A DNA stretch of 64,000 nucleotides from Janthinobacterium lividum (GTDB taxonomy: Bacteria; Pseudomonadota; Alphaproteobacteria; Acetobacterales; Acetobacteraceae). The notes beneath the pieces were generated by a model, which saw nothing but the letters and a program-made list of their open reading frames with translations, did not search any database and had not been told where the DNA came from. Location: positions 7,226 through 71,225 of the forward strand of contig JBPBQO010000146.1 in assembly GCA_050954785.1 (NCBI GenBank), in the 5' to 3' direction. The position numbers and the translations under genes were made by a program. Below, piece after piece: positions 52,193 to 62,214 of this stretch (position 1 is the stretch's first letter; every line of letters starts with the position of its first letter).

Positions 52193-52995
52193 CCGGCCGT
52201 GACGGCGGCGCCGACCTCAGTCCGATCGGCAACAGCCCGGTGGTGGTGCTGGTACGTCCGCAACTGGCCGAGAATATCGGCGCGGTGGCGCGCGCGATGG
52301 CCAATGGCGGGCTGTTCCATCTGCGCCTGGTCGCCCCGCGCGACGGCTGGCCGCAGGAGCGCGCCTGGCGCTCGGCGTCCGGCGCCGACCGTATCCTGGA
52401 CGCCGCCACGGTGCATCCCGACGTCGATGACGCGGTGTCCGACCTGCACCGGGTGTTCGCGACCTGCCCGAGGCCGCGCCACATCGTGAAGCCGATCCTG
52501 ACCGCGCGCGGCGGTGCAGCCGAGATCCGCGAGATCAGCCGGCGCGGACTCGGCGTCGGCTTGCTGTTCGGGCCGGAGCGGGCCGGGCTCGACAATGACG
52601 ACATGGCGCGGGCCGACGCGTTGATCCGCTATCCGCTGAACCCGGGCTTCTCGTCGCTCAACCTCGCCCAGGCGGTCATGATCATGGCCTACGAGTGGTG
52701 GCTGAGTGCTGCGGGAGAAAATGGCGAGGAGGAGATCCCGCCACGCGTGCTGATGACCAACGAGACCCAGGTCGCCACCAAGGGCGAGCTCGGCAACTTC
52801 ATGACCCACCTGGTGCGCGAGCTCGACGCCTGCGGCTTCCTGCGCAACATGCCCAAGCGCCCCGGCATGGTACGCAACCTGTGGCATTTCTTCGAGCGCG
52901 GCGAGGTGACCCAGCAGGAGCTGCGCACGCTGCATGGGGTGGTGACGGAACTGGCGCTGGGCCGCCGGCTACGCGGTCGCGACGAGGCCGGCTGA
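52189..52995 (+). CDS. TrmJ/LasT-family SPOUT RNA methyltransferase
   Basis: LVRPQLAENIGAVARAM.N, FGPERAGL.N, SSLNLAQAV. Confidence 0.9.
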   Translation: MTGRDGGADLSPIGNSPVVVLVRPQLAENIGAVARAMANGGLFHLRLVAPRDGWPQERAWRSASGADRILDAATVHPDVDDAVSDLHRVFATCPRPRHIVKPILTARGGAAEIREISRRGLGVGLLFGPERAGLDNDDMARADALIRYPLNPGFSSLNLAQAVMIMAYEWWLSAAGENGEEEIPPRVLMTNETQVATKGELGNFMTHLVRELDACGFLRNMPKRPGMVRNLWHFFERGEVTQQELRTLHGVVTELALGRRLRGRDEAG

Positions 52996-53224
52996 CTGCG
53001 AACGTTGACTTGAATGCGTGTCGCACCTATACGCCGCCGCACTGCCGGGAACGTGGACGGTCCGGTTGGTGCTGCACCTGCATACGAGGCGGCGGCACCA
53101 ATGATACGGACTGCGCCCGTCGCGACCAAATCCGGTCGCGGCCTACCGGTGCAACAAGCGGAACAGGGCGACGGGCTTCTGGCCTGAACGCGCGCCGCAC
53201 CGACGATAAGAAAGGAGCGCGCTC

Positions 53225-53842
53225 ATGACCAAGCGCCTCGAAAGCAAGTACAAGATCAACCGCCGCCTCGGCGTCAATCTCTGGGGCCGTGCGAAGTCGC
53301 CGATCAACAAGCGCGAATACGGTCCGGGCCAGCACGGCCAGCGCCGCAAGCAGAAGCCCTCGGACTTCTCCGTGCAGCTCATGGCGAAGCAGAAGCTCAA
53401 GGGCTACTACGGCAACATCAGCGAGAAGCAGTTCCGCAAGTATTACGACGAGGCGGTCCGCCGCAAGGGCGACACCTCGGAGAACCTGATCGACCTGCTC
53501 GAGCGCCGGTTGGATGCGGTGATCTATCGCCTCAAGTTCGCGATGACGCCGTTCGCCGCCCGCCAGTTCGTCAACCATGGCCATGTCACCGTCAACGGCA
53601 AGAAGGTCAACATTCCGTCCTTCCTGGTGCGCGACGGCGATGCGATCGAAGTTCGCGAGAAGTCGAAGCAACTGGCCGTCGTGCTCGATGCTGCACAGAG
53701 CGGCGAGCGGGATGTTCCGGAATATCTCGAGGTCGATCATCGTGCGATGAAGGGCAAGTTCCAGCGCAGCCCGAAGCTGTCGGACGTGCCGTATCCGGTA
53801 TCGATGGAACCGAACCTGGTCGTCGAGTTCTACTCGCGCTAG
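53225..53842 (+). CDS. rpsD: 30S ribosomal protein S4
   Basis: [36 protein letters not shown]. Confidence 0.98.
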   Translation: MTKRLESKYKINRRLGVNLWGRAKSPINKREYGPGQHGQRRKQKPSDFSVQLMAKQKLKGYYGNISEKQFRKYYDEAVRRKGDTSENLIDLLERRLDAVIYRLKFAMTPFAARQFVNHGHVTVNGKKVNIPSFLVRDGDAIEVREKSKQLAVVLDAAQSGERDVPEYLEVDHRAMKGKFQRSPKLSDVPYPVSMEPNLVVEFYSR

Positions 53843-53850
53843 TGACGACC

Positions 53851-53972
53851 GCAGGAGGCTCTGCCTCCTGCACCTCCGCCAGAGGGCAGTCGCCCTCTGG
53901 ACACCCAATTTCTTAAACCCTGGGTTCCAAGGGCGACTGCCCTTGGCGGGGTCCAGGGGCGGAGCCCCTTGG
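53851..53972. repeat. ~120-bp four-hairpin inverted-repeat element (REP/MITE-like)
   Basis: Hairpins at 53851-71, 53879-900, 53927-46 and 53953-72; left and right halves are imperfect reverse complements. Confidence 0.85.
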
Positions 53973-53974
53973 CC

Positions 53975-55507
53975 TTGTCCGACCTAGCATCCGAAATCTC
54001 CCGCCGCCGCACCTTCGCGATCATCTCGCATCCGGACGCCGGCAAGACCACGCTCACCGAGCGCCTGCTCCGTGCCGGTGGTGCGATCCAGCTCGCCGGC
54101 AACGTCCGCGCCAAGGGTGAGCGACGCCGCACCCGGTCCGACTGGATGGGCATCGAGCGCGATCGTGGCATCTCCGTCGTCACCTCGGTGATGACGTTCG
54201 AGTATGGCGGCTGCATCTTCAACCTGCTCGACACGCCAGGCCACGAGGACTTCTCCGAGGATACCTATCGGACGCTGACTGCGGTCGATTCCGCGGTCAT
54301 GGTGATCGACGCCGCCAAGGGCATCGAGGCCCGCACGCTCAAGCTGTTCGAGATCTGCCGGCTGCGCGACATCCCGATCATCACCTTCGTCAACAAGATG
54401 GATCGCGAGGCGCAGGACCCGTTCGCGCTGCTGGACGAAGTATCGTCCGCGCTGGCACTGGACACCGCGCCGGCGACCTGGCCGATCGGTCGTGCCTTCA
54501 ACTTCGTCGGCACCTACGATCTGCGCGCCCGCGAAGTGCATGTATCGGTGCCACTGGAGCAGTCGGACCCGCGTATGATCGCACTCGGCGAGGAGCTCGA
54601 GCTGGTGCAGGCGGCGTTGCCGGAATGGGACCGGGAAAGCTTCGATGCCGGCCATCTGACGCCGGTCTATTTCGGCAGCGCGATGCGCGAGATCGGCGTG
54701 ACCGACCTGCTGGATGCGCTGGTGAGCTTCGGCCCACAGCCGCGCGCGCAGGCAACCGACGGCCGCATCGTGCAGGCGGACGAGCCGACCATGACCGCGC
54801 TGATTTTCAAGATCCAGGCCAACATGGATCCCAACCATCGGGATCGCATGGCGTTCGCGCGGGTCTGTTCCGGCCAGTTGACGCGCGGCATGCGGGTCAA
54901 GCACGTGCGGTCGGGCAAGCAGTTCGCGCTGCATACGCCGCAGTTCTTCTTTGCCCGCGATCGCCAGCTTGCCGAGGAGGCCTATGCCGGAGACGTCGTC
55001 GGCATCCCGAACCACGGCACGCTGCGGATCGGCGACACGCTGACCGAGGGGGAGGAGCTGCGCTTCACCGGCGTGCCGCATTTCGCGCCCGAGATCCTGA
55101 GGCGGGTACGGCTCGACGATGCGATGAAGGCCAAGAAGCTGCGTCAGGCATTGCAGGAGCTGGCGGAAGAGGGCGTCGTGCAGTTGTTCCGGCCGCAGGA
55201 TGGCAGTCCGCCGATCGTCGGCGTGGTCGGCACACTGCAGCTCGACGTGCTGCAGGCGCGTCTGACCGGCGAATACGGGGTGGGGATCGGTTTCGAATCC
55301 ACGCCGTTCTCGCTTGCGCGCTGGGTCGATGGCGATAAGCTACGGCTCGCGACTTTCGTGGCGACGAACCGGACCGCGATGGCGGACGATCTGGATGGCG
55401 ATCCGGTGTTTCTTGCAAGCTCGGCCTTCATGATGCGCCGAACCGCCGAGATGAACGCCGAACTGCGGTTCGTGGATATCAAGCAGATCGGCAGCAACTT
55501 CAGCTGA
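53975..55507 (+). CDS. prfC: Peptide chain release factor 3
   Basis: RRTFAIISHPDAGKTT, SDWM.IE..RGIS, DTPGHEDF, NKMD; TTG start (53969 or 53975). Confidence 0.96.
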   Translation: MSDLASEISRRRTFAIISHPDAGKTTLTERLLRAGGAIQLAGNVRAKGERRRTRSDWMGIERDRGISVVTSVMTFEYGGCIFNLLDTPGHEDFSEDTYRTLTAVDSAVMVIDAAKGIEARTLKLFEICRLRDIPIITFVNKMDREAQDPFALLDEVSSALALDTAPATWPIGRAFNFVGTYDLRAREVHVSVPLEQSDPRMIALGEELELVQAALPEWDRESFDAGHLTPVYFGSAMREIGVTDLLDALVSFGPQPRAQATDGRIVQADEPTMTALIFKIQANMDPNHRDRMAFARVCSGQLTRGMRVKHVRSGKQFALHTPQFFFARDRQLAEEAYAGDVVGIPNHGTLRIGDTLTEGEELRFTGVPHFAPEILRRVRLDDAMKAKKLRQALQELAEEGVVQLFRPQDGSPPIVGVVGTLQLDVLQARLTGEYGVGIGFESTPFSLARWVDGDKLRLATFVATNRTAMADDLDGDPVFLASSAFMMRRTAEMNAELRFVDIKQIGSNFS

Positions 55508-55684
55508 CGCCACGACGATCGACGACCAGTTTCGATCAGCACATACCCGACATCGTCAGACGCAGCCTGCGTTCTGTTCCTGACGATAAGGCGCTTGAGG
55601 AAGCGCGCTATGGCCTGCCTGAAACCGTGGCTGTGCGCCTCATCGTGCGAAGCAATACGCAAGCCGGGCCATGAGGCCCTGGCC

Positions 55685-55709
55685 GGAACATGCCTCGGTA
55701 CGTTCCGTT
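55685..55709 (+). promoter_or_regulatory. Candidate general-stress ECF sigma (EcfG/SigT) promoter
   Basis: Exact GGAAC-N16-CGTT, 69 nt upstream of the HAD ATG. Confidence 0.6.
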
Positions 55710-55778
55710 CGCGTGTAGACAGCGACCCAATTCAATCTCGATTCATATGATTACTCACTCGAAAATTAAGGAATAAAC

Positions 55779-56474
55779 ATGACGACGACAGATCTGCACG
55801 TGCCGCATCCGATCAACGCGGTCATATTCGATATGGACGGCCTCCTGCTGGACACTGAAAGCCTGGCAATGGATGCCCTGGTCAGTGCCGGCGACGCGCT
55901 CGGCTACGATATGCCACCTGCATTCTGCTACCTGATGATCGGCGCGCCGGCCGACCGCTGCCGCGAACTCGTCGTCGAGAAATACGGCGCGGACTTTCCG
56001 CTGCAACGCTATTTCGACCTGCAGGAAGCGCATCTGCGCGCACTCGTCGACGAGGGCAAGATGTCGCTGAAGGCAGGGGTGGTCGATCTGCTCGACTATC
56101 TGGACGCGCACGGCATCAAGCGTGCGATTGCCACCTCATCCAGTCGGACGCGCACCGACCATCATCTCGCCCTCATGGGCATAGCGCAGCGTTTCGGGGC
56201 AATCGTCACCCGGGACGATGTGGCGCGGGGCAAGCCGCATCCGGATCCGTTCCTGACGGCAGCCGGGAAGCTCGGGGTCGAGCCGGGCATGTGCCTGGCA
56301 CTGGAAGATTCCTATAATGGGATCCGGGCCGCGCATGCCGCCGGGATGCGGGTCATCATGGTCCCGGATCTTCTGGAGCCGACCGAGGAAATGCATACGA
56401 AGGCGCACCGCGTCGTGCAAAGTCTGCACGACGTGATCCACTTCCTCGGCAAGAATGAGTCGCCGGTTTCCTGA
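55779..56474 (+). CDS. HAD-superfamily phosphatase (beta-PGM/CbbY-like)
   Basis: DMDGLLLDT, ATSS, GKPHPD, LEDS. Confidence 0.9.
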   Translation: MTTTDLHVPHPINAVIFDMDGLLLDTESLAMDALVSAGDALGYDMPPAFCYLMIGAPADRCRELVVEKYGADFPLQRYFDLQEAHLRALVDEGKMSLKAGVVDLLDYLDAHGIKRAIATSSSRTRTDHHLALMGIAQRFGAIVTRDDVARGKPHPDPFLTAAGKLGVEPGMCLALEDSYNGIRAAHAAGMRVIMVPDLLEPTEEMHTKAHRVVQSLHDVIHFLGKNESPVS

Positions 56475-56551
56475 CTGCAGCCGCTCTGAACGTTTCGGCG
56501 AGCATCTTTATCCGATCGAATAGCAAGACGATCGGATATGCTCTGGCTGCT

Positions 56552-58093
56552 TCAGGCAGCCAGAGCGAGAGCCCGCTGTACGACATCACGGACCGGGTAC
56601 AGATGGAGGTCCCGTAGCGCCTGCGCGAGTTGCAGAACGATCCTGTCGTGATCCGGAAGAGCCGGTCCGAATACCGGTTCGATCCCGAGGAAACTCGCGG
56701 CCTGCCGGTGATGATCCTCGCCGATGGTTTCGCACAGGTTTTTCATCTCGGCGGCACTCGGGTCGATCGGCGCCACGTGCGTGCCCGTGGTGTCCCGCAA
56801 CGCGAACCACCGGATCCAGGCGGCGATACCGAGGATCGCGCAGGGGCTGTCGCGACCTGCATGCAGACCTTCCCGTAGCGGCTCCATCAGCCGGGTCGCG
56901 AGTTTGCCCGACCCGTTCCGACCGATCCGGCCGACATCGTGCTGGATGGCAGGGTTCTGCAATCGCGTGATGAGTTCGGACACGTAGTGCTGCAGGGCAG
57001 CCGGCTCCATATCCAGGGTCTGGCCTTGCTCACGGAGCATGAAGGTCTCGACGAATGTCCGGAACAACGGATCGGCGATGGTGTCGGCGATGGTTCTGAA
57101 GCCGGCGAGGGCACCAACATAAGCCAGCATCATGTGGGCACCGTTGAGCAGGCGCAGCTTGGCGAGTTCGAACGGCTGGACGTCCGTAACGAAACGAGCG
57201 CCGGCCGCTTCCCAGAGCGGACGCGGCCCATCGAAATTCTCGATTATCCACTGCAGGTATGGTTCCGCCGAAACCGGCGCAGCGTCTTCCAGGCCGAGAA
57301 GACGAGCGGCGTCCTCGCGATCGAGATCGGTCGTCGCAGGAACGATGCGATCCACCATGGAGTTCGGGAAGCGTACGGTACGCTCGATCCATCCGGCGAG
57401 CGCATCGTCGTGCAGCGAGGCGAAATCGATGACCGCCTGGCGCAACGTATTGCCGTTCGATGCGACATTGTCGCAGCTCAGGATGACCGGCGGCTTCCGT
57501 CCCGCCCGGCGCGACACATCGAGCCCATAGGTGATCGCGCCGACGGCGCTGCGAGGATGCTGCCGGTGACCGAGGTCGTGCAGGATGTCGGGATGAGATG
57601 CCTGCAACCGTCCGGTCGCTGGTTCCAGGAGGTAGCCGTCCGCCGTCACGGTGAGCGTGACGAGGTGCGTGTCGGCATCGGCCAGCCGGGCGGGCAGGCC
57701 TCTCTCGTCGGAAGGGGCATGCAGTACTTCGCGCAGGCTCCCCACCACTTCCGCGCGGATACCCTGCTCGCTCCGTTCCAGCAGCGTGTAGAGCCCGTCC
57801 TGCGGACGCAATTGATTGGGTGTCGTCGAGCGAAGCATGCTGGCCGAGGCAATGCCCCAGCGTGTTCCAGCAGGACCCTCCGCTTCGATAGCCCGTTGCG
57901 TGGCGACCGCCTGATGACCACGATGGAAAGCACCGCAGCCCAGATGGAGAATCCCCGTTCCGAGCGAAGCGGGATCGAAGCCGGGCTTCCGCACGGCGGG
58001 CGGAACGGAACTCAATGTCGAATAGCAAAGGCGTGGATCGACCCGGATGCCAAGTAAGCCTGGGTCTCGTAAAACTTTATTCAGAACCGTCAT
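56552..58093 (-). CDS. Mannitol dehydrogenase-family oxidoreductase (UxuB/MtlK-like)
   Basis: HLG.GAFHRGHQA, TVTADGY, LSCDN, FPNSMVDRIVP, KLRLLNGAH. Confidence 0.92.
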   Translation of the reverse strand: MTVLNKVLRDPGLLGIRVDPRLCYSTLSSVPPAVRKPGFDPASLGTGILHLGCGAFHRGHQAVATQRAIEAEGPAGTRWGIASASMLRSTTPNQLRPQDGLYTLLERSEQGIRAEVVGSLREVLHAPSDERGLPARLADADTHLVTLTVTADGYLLEPATGRLQASHPDILHDLGHRQHPRSAVGAITYGLDVSRRAGRKPPVILSCDNVASNGNTLRQAVIDFASLHDDALAGWIERTVRFPNSMVDRIVPATTDLDREDAARLLGLEDAAPVSAEPYLQWIIENFDGPRPLWEAAGARFVTDVQPFELAKLRLLNGAHMMLAYVGALAGFRTIADTIADPLFRTFVETFMLREQGQTLDMEPAALQHYVSELITRLQNPAIQHDVGRIGRNGSGKLATRLMEPLREGLHAGRDSPCAILGIAAWIRWFALRDTTGTHVAPIDPSAAEMKNLCETIGEDHHRQAASFLGIEPVFGPALPDHDRIVLQLAQALRDLHLYPVRDVVQRALALAA

Positions 58094-58455
58094 GCGTGGT
58101 GGAGTTCCTTCCTATCGTGGACCTGATGTGTGTCGCATCGCACAACTTTCCACCCTTTTTAGTGGGTAAGGGCGAGCGGAACTGTGAGTGGATGAAGGAG
58201 ATCCCTGTCACGGCAACGCAAAGATCGAGGCATCTTCATCATCGGAAATTTTACGATACACGCAGGCAATCGACCGATCGACGGTCCTGCCATGTCGGTT
58301 ATGCAGCCGCAGACCACATTCGTAGGGATGTACCTTCGGTATTCTCGCTCGAACCGGTTCCACGCATCGCTACGTTTCGCATGGATCATCGCAAGAGCCG
58401 GTCACCGTGAATTCAGCCGGGCACGCCGGCTGATCCAGGCTGTCGACGTAGCGCG

Positions 58456-59172
58456 CTACAGGCAGGTGAGCAGGATGCGGGCCGACGGCATCAAGGTCGG
58501 TCCGGCCAGCGTGACGAACCGGTCGATTTCGGCACGCGGCACAAGCTTCAGAACATCGTATTCGTTATTGCCGGCTTCTGCATGACGTTGTCCGACCTGT
58601 ATGAAATCCAGCTTCGTGCGAAGCAGGAAGCCGACATCGATCACATGGCTGACGCCATGCTCGATTGCCGCGACCGGCCTGACCATGTCGATATCGTCGT
58701 GCGTCAGTCCCAGCTCCTCCTCCAGTTCCGCGAAGAGCTGGTCAGTCAGGTCGAGGCCGCCATCGACACCGTCACGTGCTTCCACGTTGCCGGCCGGCGC
58801 GGCCTGCCAGCATCCGGGCAGATAGACCGAATCCGGTTGGCGCCGACCCAGGACAAGGCCGTCGGCGCACTCGAGCAAGCCGTTCACGGCCAGGGCGCGG
58901 ATCGACAGCAGCGGGAACAGCGACGGACGAAGCAACTGCGCGAACGTCCGTCGATACTCGGTCCAGTGCCCACCGATTTCCGACGCGGTAATCCGGTCCG
59001 CGCAGAACACCCGGCCGTTGAACAATGAGGGCCGCAGGGCACACTGCTCGGTCCAGAACGCGGCGATCTCGGCCTCGAGCTCGACGGACAGGATCGGCGC
59101 CGCGCGGTCGACCACCAGCCTGACGTCGCCGTCGAGCGGGGTGCTGGTCCAGTCTGCCGGGGCGCCGATCAT
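58456..59172 (-). CDS. NUDIX-like hydrolase
   Basis: LFNGRVF, PG.W..APAG, ELEEELGL Nudix-box remnant. Confidence 0.75.
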   Translation of the reverse strand: MIGAPADWTSTPLDGDVRLVVDRAAPILSVELEAEIAAFWTEQCALRPSLFNGRVFCADRITASEIGGHWTEYRRTFAQLLRPSLFPLLSIRALAVNGLLECADGLVLGRRQPDSVYLPGCWQAAPAGNVEARDGVDGGLDLTDQLFAELEEELGLTHDDIDMVRPVAAIEHGVSHVIDVGFLLRTKLDFIQVGQRHAEAGNNEYDVLKLVPRAEIDRFVTLAGPTLMPSARILLTCL

Positions 59173-59179
59173 GATGCCG

Positions 59180-60655
59180 CTACTTCATGTCCTCGTGCCA
59201 GACGTGACCGGTCGACTTGATGAGGTCGCGTGCCGCATCCGGACCCCAGGTGCCGGCCGTGTAGTGGTGCGGTGTTCCGGCACGCTCCTTCCACGCCTTC
59301 AGGATCGGCTCGACCCACGTCCAGGCTGCCTCGACCTCGTCGCGGCGCATGAACAGCACCGGGTCGCCACGCACGGTATCCATCAGGAGCCGCTCGTAGG
59401 CGTCGGGGTAGCGCGTCGCGAACGCCTTCTCGAACGAGATATCGATGTTCGCGGGCCGGAGCACCATGCCGTCCGGGCCGGGGTCCTTGCTCATGATCGA
59501 GAGCTGTATGCCCTCTTCCGGCTGCAGCCGGATGATCAGCCGGTTCGGCTCCAGCTTGGTTTCGAAAATCGACCAGGGGGTTTCGCGGAACTGCACGACC
59601 ACCTCGCTGACCTTGCTCGGCAGGCGCTTGCCGGAGCGCAGGTAGAAGGGAACGTTGCCCCAGCGCCAGCTATGCACTTCGGCCTTGATCGCGATGAATG
59701 TCTCGGTGTCGCTCTGGCGGCCCTCGCCGAGTTCCTCGAGATAGGCCGGCACGATCTCCTTGCCGACCATGCCTCGGCCGTACTGGCCACGTACCGCCAC
59801 ATGCTGCACGTCCGCCGCGCTGATCGGCTTCAGCGCACGCAGCACCTTCAGCTTCTCGTTGCGCAGATTGTCAGCGTCGAGCGAACCCGGCGGCTCCATC
59901 GCCACCAGGCACAGCACCTGCAGCAGATGGTTCTGGATCATGTCGCGCAGCGCGCCGGAATGGTCGTAATAGTCGCCGCGCCCTTCGACGCCGACCGTCT
60001 CGGCCGCGGTGATCTGGACATGGTCGATCGCGTCCGCGTTCCACAGGCGTGCGAACACCGGGTTGGCGAAGCGGAGTGCGATCAGGTTCTGCACCGTCTC
60101 CTTGCCGAGATAATGGTCGATCCGGAAGATCTTGCTCTCGACGAAATACTGGCCGACTTCGTCGTTGATCGTGCGGGCGGATTCGAGGTCATGCCCGATC
60201 GGCTTCTCCAGCACGACGCGGGCGCTCTCGGTGACCAGTCCTTTCGAGGACAGGTTCCCGCAGATGCGGCCATAGAGTTCCGGCGAGGTCGCCAGGTAGA
60301 AGACGCGGATCTTGTCCTTGGTGGAATCGTCGAACAGCCTGGTCATGTTCTCCCAGGTGCTGTCCGCCTCGGCGCCGTTGACGCTGGCGTAGAAGATCAT
60401 GCCGAGGAAGCGATGGATCAGGTCCTCGTCCAGCGCGTCCGGCTTCACGAAACGGCGGAGCGCCTTGTCGGCACGATCACGGTACTCGTCGTCGGACAGC
60501 ACCGACCGTGCCGCGCCGATGACCCGCGCAGTCTCGGGGATCTGCTTGTCGCGGAATCGATGATACAGCGCCGGCAGCAGCTTGCGCATGGTCAGGTCGC
60601 CGGTCGCGCCGAAAACCACGTAGTCGAATGTGTCGATCGCACTCATCGAGGGCAT
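59180..60655 (-). CDS. zwf: Glucose-6-phosphate 1-dehydrogenase
   Basis: FGATGDL, EKPIG, RIDHYLGKE, DMIQNHLLQ, FYLRSGK. Confidence 0.97.
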   Translation of the reverse strand: MPSMSAIDTFDYVVFGATGDLTMRKLLPALYHRFRDKQIPETARVIGAARSVLSDDEYRDRADKALRRFVKPDALDEDLIHRFLGMIFYASVNGAEADSTWENMTRLFDDSTKDKIRVFYLATSPELYGRICGNLSSKGLVTESARVVLEKPIGHDLESARTINDEVGQYFVESKIFRIDHYLGKETVQNLIALRFANPVFARLWNADAIDHVQITAAETVGVEGRGDYYDHSGALRDMIQNHLLQVLCLVAMEPPGSLDADNLRNEKLKVLRALKPISAADVQHVAVRGQYGRGMVGKEIVPAYLEELGEGRQSDTETFIAIKAEVHSWRWGNVPFYLRSGKRLPSKVSEVVVQFRETPWSIFETKLEPNRLIIRLQPEEGIQLSIMSKDPGPDGMVLRPANIDISFEKAFATRYPDAYERLLMDTVRGDPVLFMRRDEVEAAWTWVEPILKAWKERAGTPHHYTAGTWGPDAARDLIKSTGHVWHEDMK

Positions 60656-60823
60656 CCTGTTAATTCCTGCTCGTCTAGGGCCGGCACGTTCCCTCGGCGA
60701 GACGTTCTCGAATGGCCGGATGGTCCATATTCATTGACCGGGCGCGTCCTGCCAAGGTAAGCCCCCCGACCTTGCCGGTCGATAGGGACGGGTGACCAAT
60801 GACGTTTTGGGACGTAGGGGATC

Positions 60824-61126
60824 ATGACGCTTGAAGCGGCAGACCGCGGGGCCGGGCATGACGACACGCCGGCAGATTCGACCTCCAGCGCGGTGGGCGG
60901 CATTGCCGCGGACCGGCTGCGGAGCATCATCGAACGGGTCGAGCGTCTTGAGGAGGAGCGCAAGGCACTAGGCTCCGACATCAAGGACATTTTTTCGGAA
61001 GCGAAGTCGGCCGGGTTCGACGTCAAGGTGATCCGGCAGATCATCCGCATCCGCAAACAGGAGCCGGCCGACGTCGAGGAGCAGGAGACGCTGCTCGACA
61101 TCTATCGTCGCGCCCTGGGCATGTAG
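60824..61126 (+). CDS. gapR: DUF2312 / GapR-like nucleoid-associated protein
   Basis: AADRLRSIIERVERLEEERK.L..DIKDIF.EAKS.GFDVK.IRQII. Confidence 0.9.
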   Translation: MTLEAADRGAGHDDTPADSTSSAVGGIAADRLRSIIERVERLEEERKALGSDIKDIFSEAKSAGFDVKVIRQIIRIRKQEPADVEEQETLLDIYRRALGM

Positions 61127-61204
61127 CCCACGGTCCGGCGGAGGTCTTGCCAGCCGCCCTCACGGGCCCTGGCGAGATCGCCGCCGGGTCCGTATGCTCG
61201 GGCC

Positions 61205-61711
61205 ATGCCCTTGACGTTGCCACTGCCAAGCTGGGTGCCCTGGTGGGGGCAACTGTCGATCCTCGTGATCGTGATCCTGTTCGGGCTCGCGTTCCTGATG
61301 ATGCCGTTCGCGGTATTCGGCCTGAAGGGTCGGCTCGACTTCCTCGAGGCGCAACTCGACGACATCCATGCCGAACTGCGCATGCTGGCCACGCGCCTGC
61401 CCGACTCCGATCGGCGTCCCGCACGCCCGGCCGAACCGATCGTGCAGGAGATCGTCAGCACGCCGCTGCCTCCGTTGCCGCTCCGAAAACGGACTGCGGA
61501 GTCTCCCAAGCAATTCGCGACAACGCCATCCGAACCGGCGCCTGCTCCACGACGTCCTCGAGCGGCAGATGACTGGTCCACGCGTGAACCGTCGGCCTAC
61601 GACGACGAGGATGGTCCACGGCGGACGCTCAGGGCGCCGCGTGAACCCGAGCTGCGTCCGATCGAACGCAACCGGTCCGAACCCACGCTCCGTTGGCCGC
61701 CGCCGCGCTGA
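61205..61711 (+). CDS. Hypothetical membrane-anchored protein with Pro/Arg-rich tail
   Basis: N-terminal TM, coiled segment, disordered tail ending EPTLRWPPPR. Confidence 0.75.
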   Translation: MPLTLPLPSWVPWWGQLSILVIVILFGLAFLMMPFAVFGLKGRLDFLEAQLDDIHAELRMLATRLPDSDRRPARPAEPIVQEIVSTPLPPLPLRKRTAESPKQFATTPSEPAPAPRRPRAADDWSTREPSAYDDEDGPRRTLRAPREPELRPIERNRSEPTLRWPPPR

Positions 61712-62103
61712 TGACCGAGCGCGCAAAAGGAACACTGACCCGGGCCGACAAGGGGCCGATCTGTCCGCCGCCGATCCTCGACGGACAGATGGGAGCCGTC
61801 GCAAGCATCATTGCCGGCTGGCCGGGGGTAAGCGCTACGACCCATTGGGACCTGTTCCGCCCCACGGAGGTCGATGGAATCGACTTCTATTTCGGTGAGG
61901 AGGAACTCGGCCACATTCACCTCGATGGCTCGATTCACTTGGCCACCAGCCCGAGCCTGGGAAAGGCTTTGGTTGCGGAAGGCCTGGCCAACCCGTTCCG
62001 GTATCAGCAGGGCTGGGTCGAACAGCGGGTGCAACGCATCGGATCCGCTGCCGCCGTTGCATTGTTCCAACGCAACTACGACCGGCTGTCGCATCCTGGC
62101 TGA
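61711..62103 (+). CDS. 'Luciferase-like'/DUF5519-type small protein
   Basis: I..WPGV...H, ELGHIH.DG.IH pattern; TGATG overlap with the upstream gene. Confidence 0.65.
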   Translation: MTERAKGTLTRADKGPICPPPILDGQMGAVASIIAGWPGVSATTHWDLFRPTEVDGIDFYFGEEELGHIHLDGSIHLATSPSLGKALVAEGLANPFRYQQGWVEQRVQRIGSAAAVALFQRNYDRLSHPG

Positions 62104-62214
62104 CAGGATGCCGAAAACGCGTAGCCGACATCGACCGACCGGCAGGACTGGTCCGAGGTTGTCCGTCAGGCAACTCGCCTGCCAAGGTCAGCCCGTCAGA
62201 ACAGGCCCTCCAGC

